DNA of 64,000 nt from Candidatus Poribacteria bacterium. Its GTDB lineage: Bacteria; Poribacteria; WGA-4E; WGA-3G. The translations under genes and the position numbers were made by a program. The stretch lies in assembly GCA_965214095.1 (NCBI GenBank), contig OZ243938.1, positions 832,001 through 896,000 on the forward strand, written 5' to 3'. The notes below the pieces were generated by a model. That model had not been told where the DNA came from. It worked only from the letters and a program-made list of their open reading frames with translations, and did no database searches. Positions 62,004 to 64,000 of this stretch are shown here, one piece after another (positions within the stretch are counted from its first letter, which is position 1; the number at the start of each line of letters is the position of its first letter).

Positions 62004-62031
62004 GACGCGATTATTTCTTGGAAAGGTTGCA
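62004..62031 (-). promoter_or_regulatory. Putative ECF-type promoter for the sigma-WD40 gene
   Basis: TGCAACC(TTT)-N17-CGTC fits the general ECF AAC/CGT consensus. Confidence 0.5.
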
Positions 62032-62200
62032 GAGTTGACATATATTCAAAGATTATTTGCGTGAGTTCGGTATCAGTAGTTTTAGTAGCGGTAACTTTAT
62101 GAAGTTAATTTATTAATAATGAGACAAAATAGAAATGGGTGTTCCATTATACGAACCCAGATCACGTCTTACGCAATGTATTCACGTAGCACTGTTTAAT

Positions 62201-64000
62201 CTACTGTAGAGAGATGAGTTCCCACAGCAAAACGACCCCTCCACTGGCACTCGCGATTGTCCTACCATCCGGACTAAAAGTTACGGCTCCAACCGCACCC
62301 GGGTGTTCTCCAAAAGTCATAATTGATGCATGTGTGCCTACATCCCACAGACGAACGGTTTTATCCCAACTCGTGCTTGCTACCATTTTGCCATCCGGAC
62401 TGAACACAACACTATAAATAATACCTGTGTGCCCATTCATAATTCCAAGTTGATCTCCTGTATGTACATCCCACAAACGCACAGTGAAATCATCACCCGC
62501 ACTCACGATTGTCTCCCCATCTGGACTAATTGCAACACCGTTGATCACTTTTGTATGTCCTCTCATAGTTTGAAGGGGATTTCCTGTATGCACATCCCAT
62601 AAACGAACGATACTATCCCTTCCGCCACCTACGATCATTTTACCATCTGGACTGAAAACGATTTGGTTGAAACCTTCCTTCCCTCCTATAAAGGTTTGAA
62701 GTTGATTTCCTGTCTGAGCATCCCAAATACGAATGGTATGCCAATCCGCGCTTGCTAACTTCTTTCCATCCGGACTATACACGACATCTGCAAATCTGGT
62801 AATTGGGGGTCTGACTCTACTATCAGTCGGAATTAGACGATGGGTGCCTGTTTGTACATTCCATATAGGAAAGGAGTCATCGCCATTTGCAATTGCCAGG
62901 GTCTTTCCATCCGGACTGAACTTAACACTATGTACAAGATTAAGTACACTCTTAGTAGACCCTTTGAAGGTATGAAGAGACATGCCTGTTTGCACATCCC
63001 ATAGTTGAACATTTCCACTTCTACTCCCACATGCCAAGGTCTTTCCATCCGGACTGAACTCAATGCTATATATAGTATCCATGTGCCCGGTAATTGTCTT
63101 AAGAGTTGTGCCATTTTGCACATCCCATAGACGAATAGTTTCACCCCAACTGCTTCCACTCACCAGTGTCTTCCCATCCGGACTAAACACAATGACATTG
63201 ACCATACTACTATGTCCAGTCAACGTCCGAATAGATGTGCTGGTTTGTACATCCCATAGCCGTATAGTTTCATCATAGCTTCCACTTGCTAACATTTTAC
63301 CATCTGGACTAAATACAACATTTGAGATAAACTTTGTATGTCCCTTGAGTGTTGCAAGAGGTTCGCCAGTTCTTACCGTCCAAAGATGGATATTTTCGTC
63401 CAAGTAACATCCACTTGCTAATGTCTTCCCATCTGGACTAAATGATATACTTCTAACATCGCCATTATGTTCTCTCAATATCTGTAACGGTCTACCGGTT
63501 TGCACATCCCAAAGATGTACGGTCTTGTCCATGCCGCCACTTGCGATTATATTACCATCCGGACTAAATGATACACATCTGACTCCACCTATATGCCCTT
63601 TGAATGTTCGTAGAGATTTGCCGGTATGCGCATCCCACACCCGCACAGTTTCGTCATAGCTCCCACTTGCTAACTTTGAACCGTCAGTATTGAATACTAC
63701 GTTTGAGATATGTGCTGTGTGTCCTGTTAGTGTCTGAAGATGTGTCCCTGTGCGCGCATCCCAAATACGTATGGTCTTGTCACCACATCCACCAGCCAAC
63801 GTCTGTCCGTTTGGACTGAAGACGACACTACTGACGTAAGATGTGTGACCAGCGAATAGATTGAGTTCTTTCCCTGTCTGCGCGTCATAGATCCAAATAC
63901 CAATGCTTCCCGAGACCGCAAATATCTTCCCATCAGGATCAGGAGAGTATGCTATCCCATCTATTGTCCCCTTAGCAAGACGAGCTTCTGCACCTACAGG
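62201..64000 (-). CDS. WD40 repeat protein (5' end beyond window)
   Basis: Frame is open to the window edge: PVGAEARLAKG...SPDPDG..; highly regular GH..V..V.FSPDG..LASG..D.TVRLWD repeats. Confidence 0.9.
   Translation of the reverse strand, partial: PVGAEARLAKGTIDGIAYSPDPDGKIFAVSGSIGIWIYDAQTGKELNLFAGHTSYVSSVVFSPNGQTLAGGCGDKTIRIWDARTGTHLQTLTGHTAHISNVVFNTDGSKLASGSYDETVRVWDAHTGKSLRTFKGHIGGVRCVSFSPDGNIIASGGMDKTVHLWDVQTGRPLQILREHNGDVRSISFSPDGKTLASGCYLDENIHLWTVRTGEPLATLKGHTKFISNVVFSPDGKMLASGSYDETIRLWDVQTSTSIRTLTGHSSMVNVIVFSPDGKTLVSGSSWGETIRLWDVQNGTTLKTITGHMDTIYSIEFSPDGKTLACGSRSGNVQLWDVQTGMSLHTFKGSTKSVLNLVHSVKFSPDGKTLAIANGDDSFPIWNVQTGTHRLIPTDSRVRPPITRFADVVYSPDGKKLASADWHTIRIWDAQTGNQLQTFIGGKEGFNQIVFSPDGKMIVGGGRDSIVRLWDVHTGNPLQTMRGHTKVINGVAISPDGETIVSAGDDFTVRLWDVHTGDQLGIMNGHTGIIYSVVFSPDGKMVASTSWDKTVRLWDVGTHASIMTFGEHPGAVGAVTFSPDGRTIASASGGVVLLWELISLQ

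Noticed and set aside
1123-63278. Many short antisense ORFs (e.g. 16941-17423, 39647-39946, 59195-59677)
   Set aside because: They are shadow frames of real genes and recur only because the WD40 codon pattern recurs.

Overview
This is a low-GC bacterial window whose gene content (mass WD40 expansion, sulfatase-like, PhyH, secreted C-type lectins, GTAG-type REPs) resembles sponge-symbiont Ca. Poribacteria; the taxonomy is inference only. The left part holds a partial purN, a TPR/ECF sigma/ZAS anti-sigma/double-vWA operon, a BrnT toxin whose antitoxin N-terminus is fused to DUF2806, carbohydrate enzymes, and five tandem secreted WD40 proteins. The middle holds a Thr-type sulfatase-like enzyme, an orphan HigA, two lectin-domain proteins, a catabolic cluster and two adjacent MITEs. 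The right part (36.5-64 kb) holds 12 more WD40 genes, making 17 in total. These include three ECF sigma-WD40 fusions upstream of an alternating (B-A)x4 tandem array of mosaic WD40 paralogues. The best candidate for an undescribed system is this sigma-WD40 locus. Two fusions carry an in-frame RBS+ATG at the sigma/propeller junction, one array gene starts from a copy of that same junction, and paralogues appear to exchange segments at a conserved LPEGAxARxGKG-coding stretch and near REP elements. No rRNA, tRNA, CRISPR array or transposase was seen.
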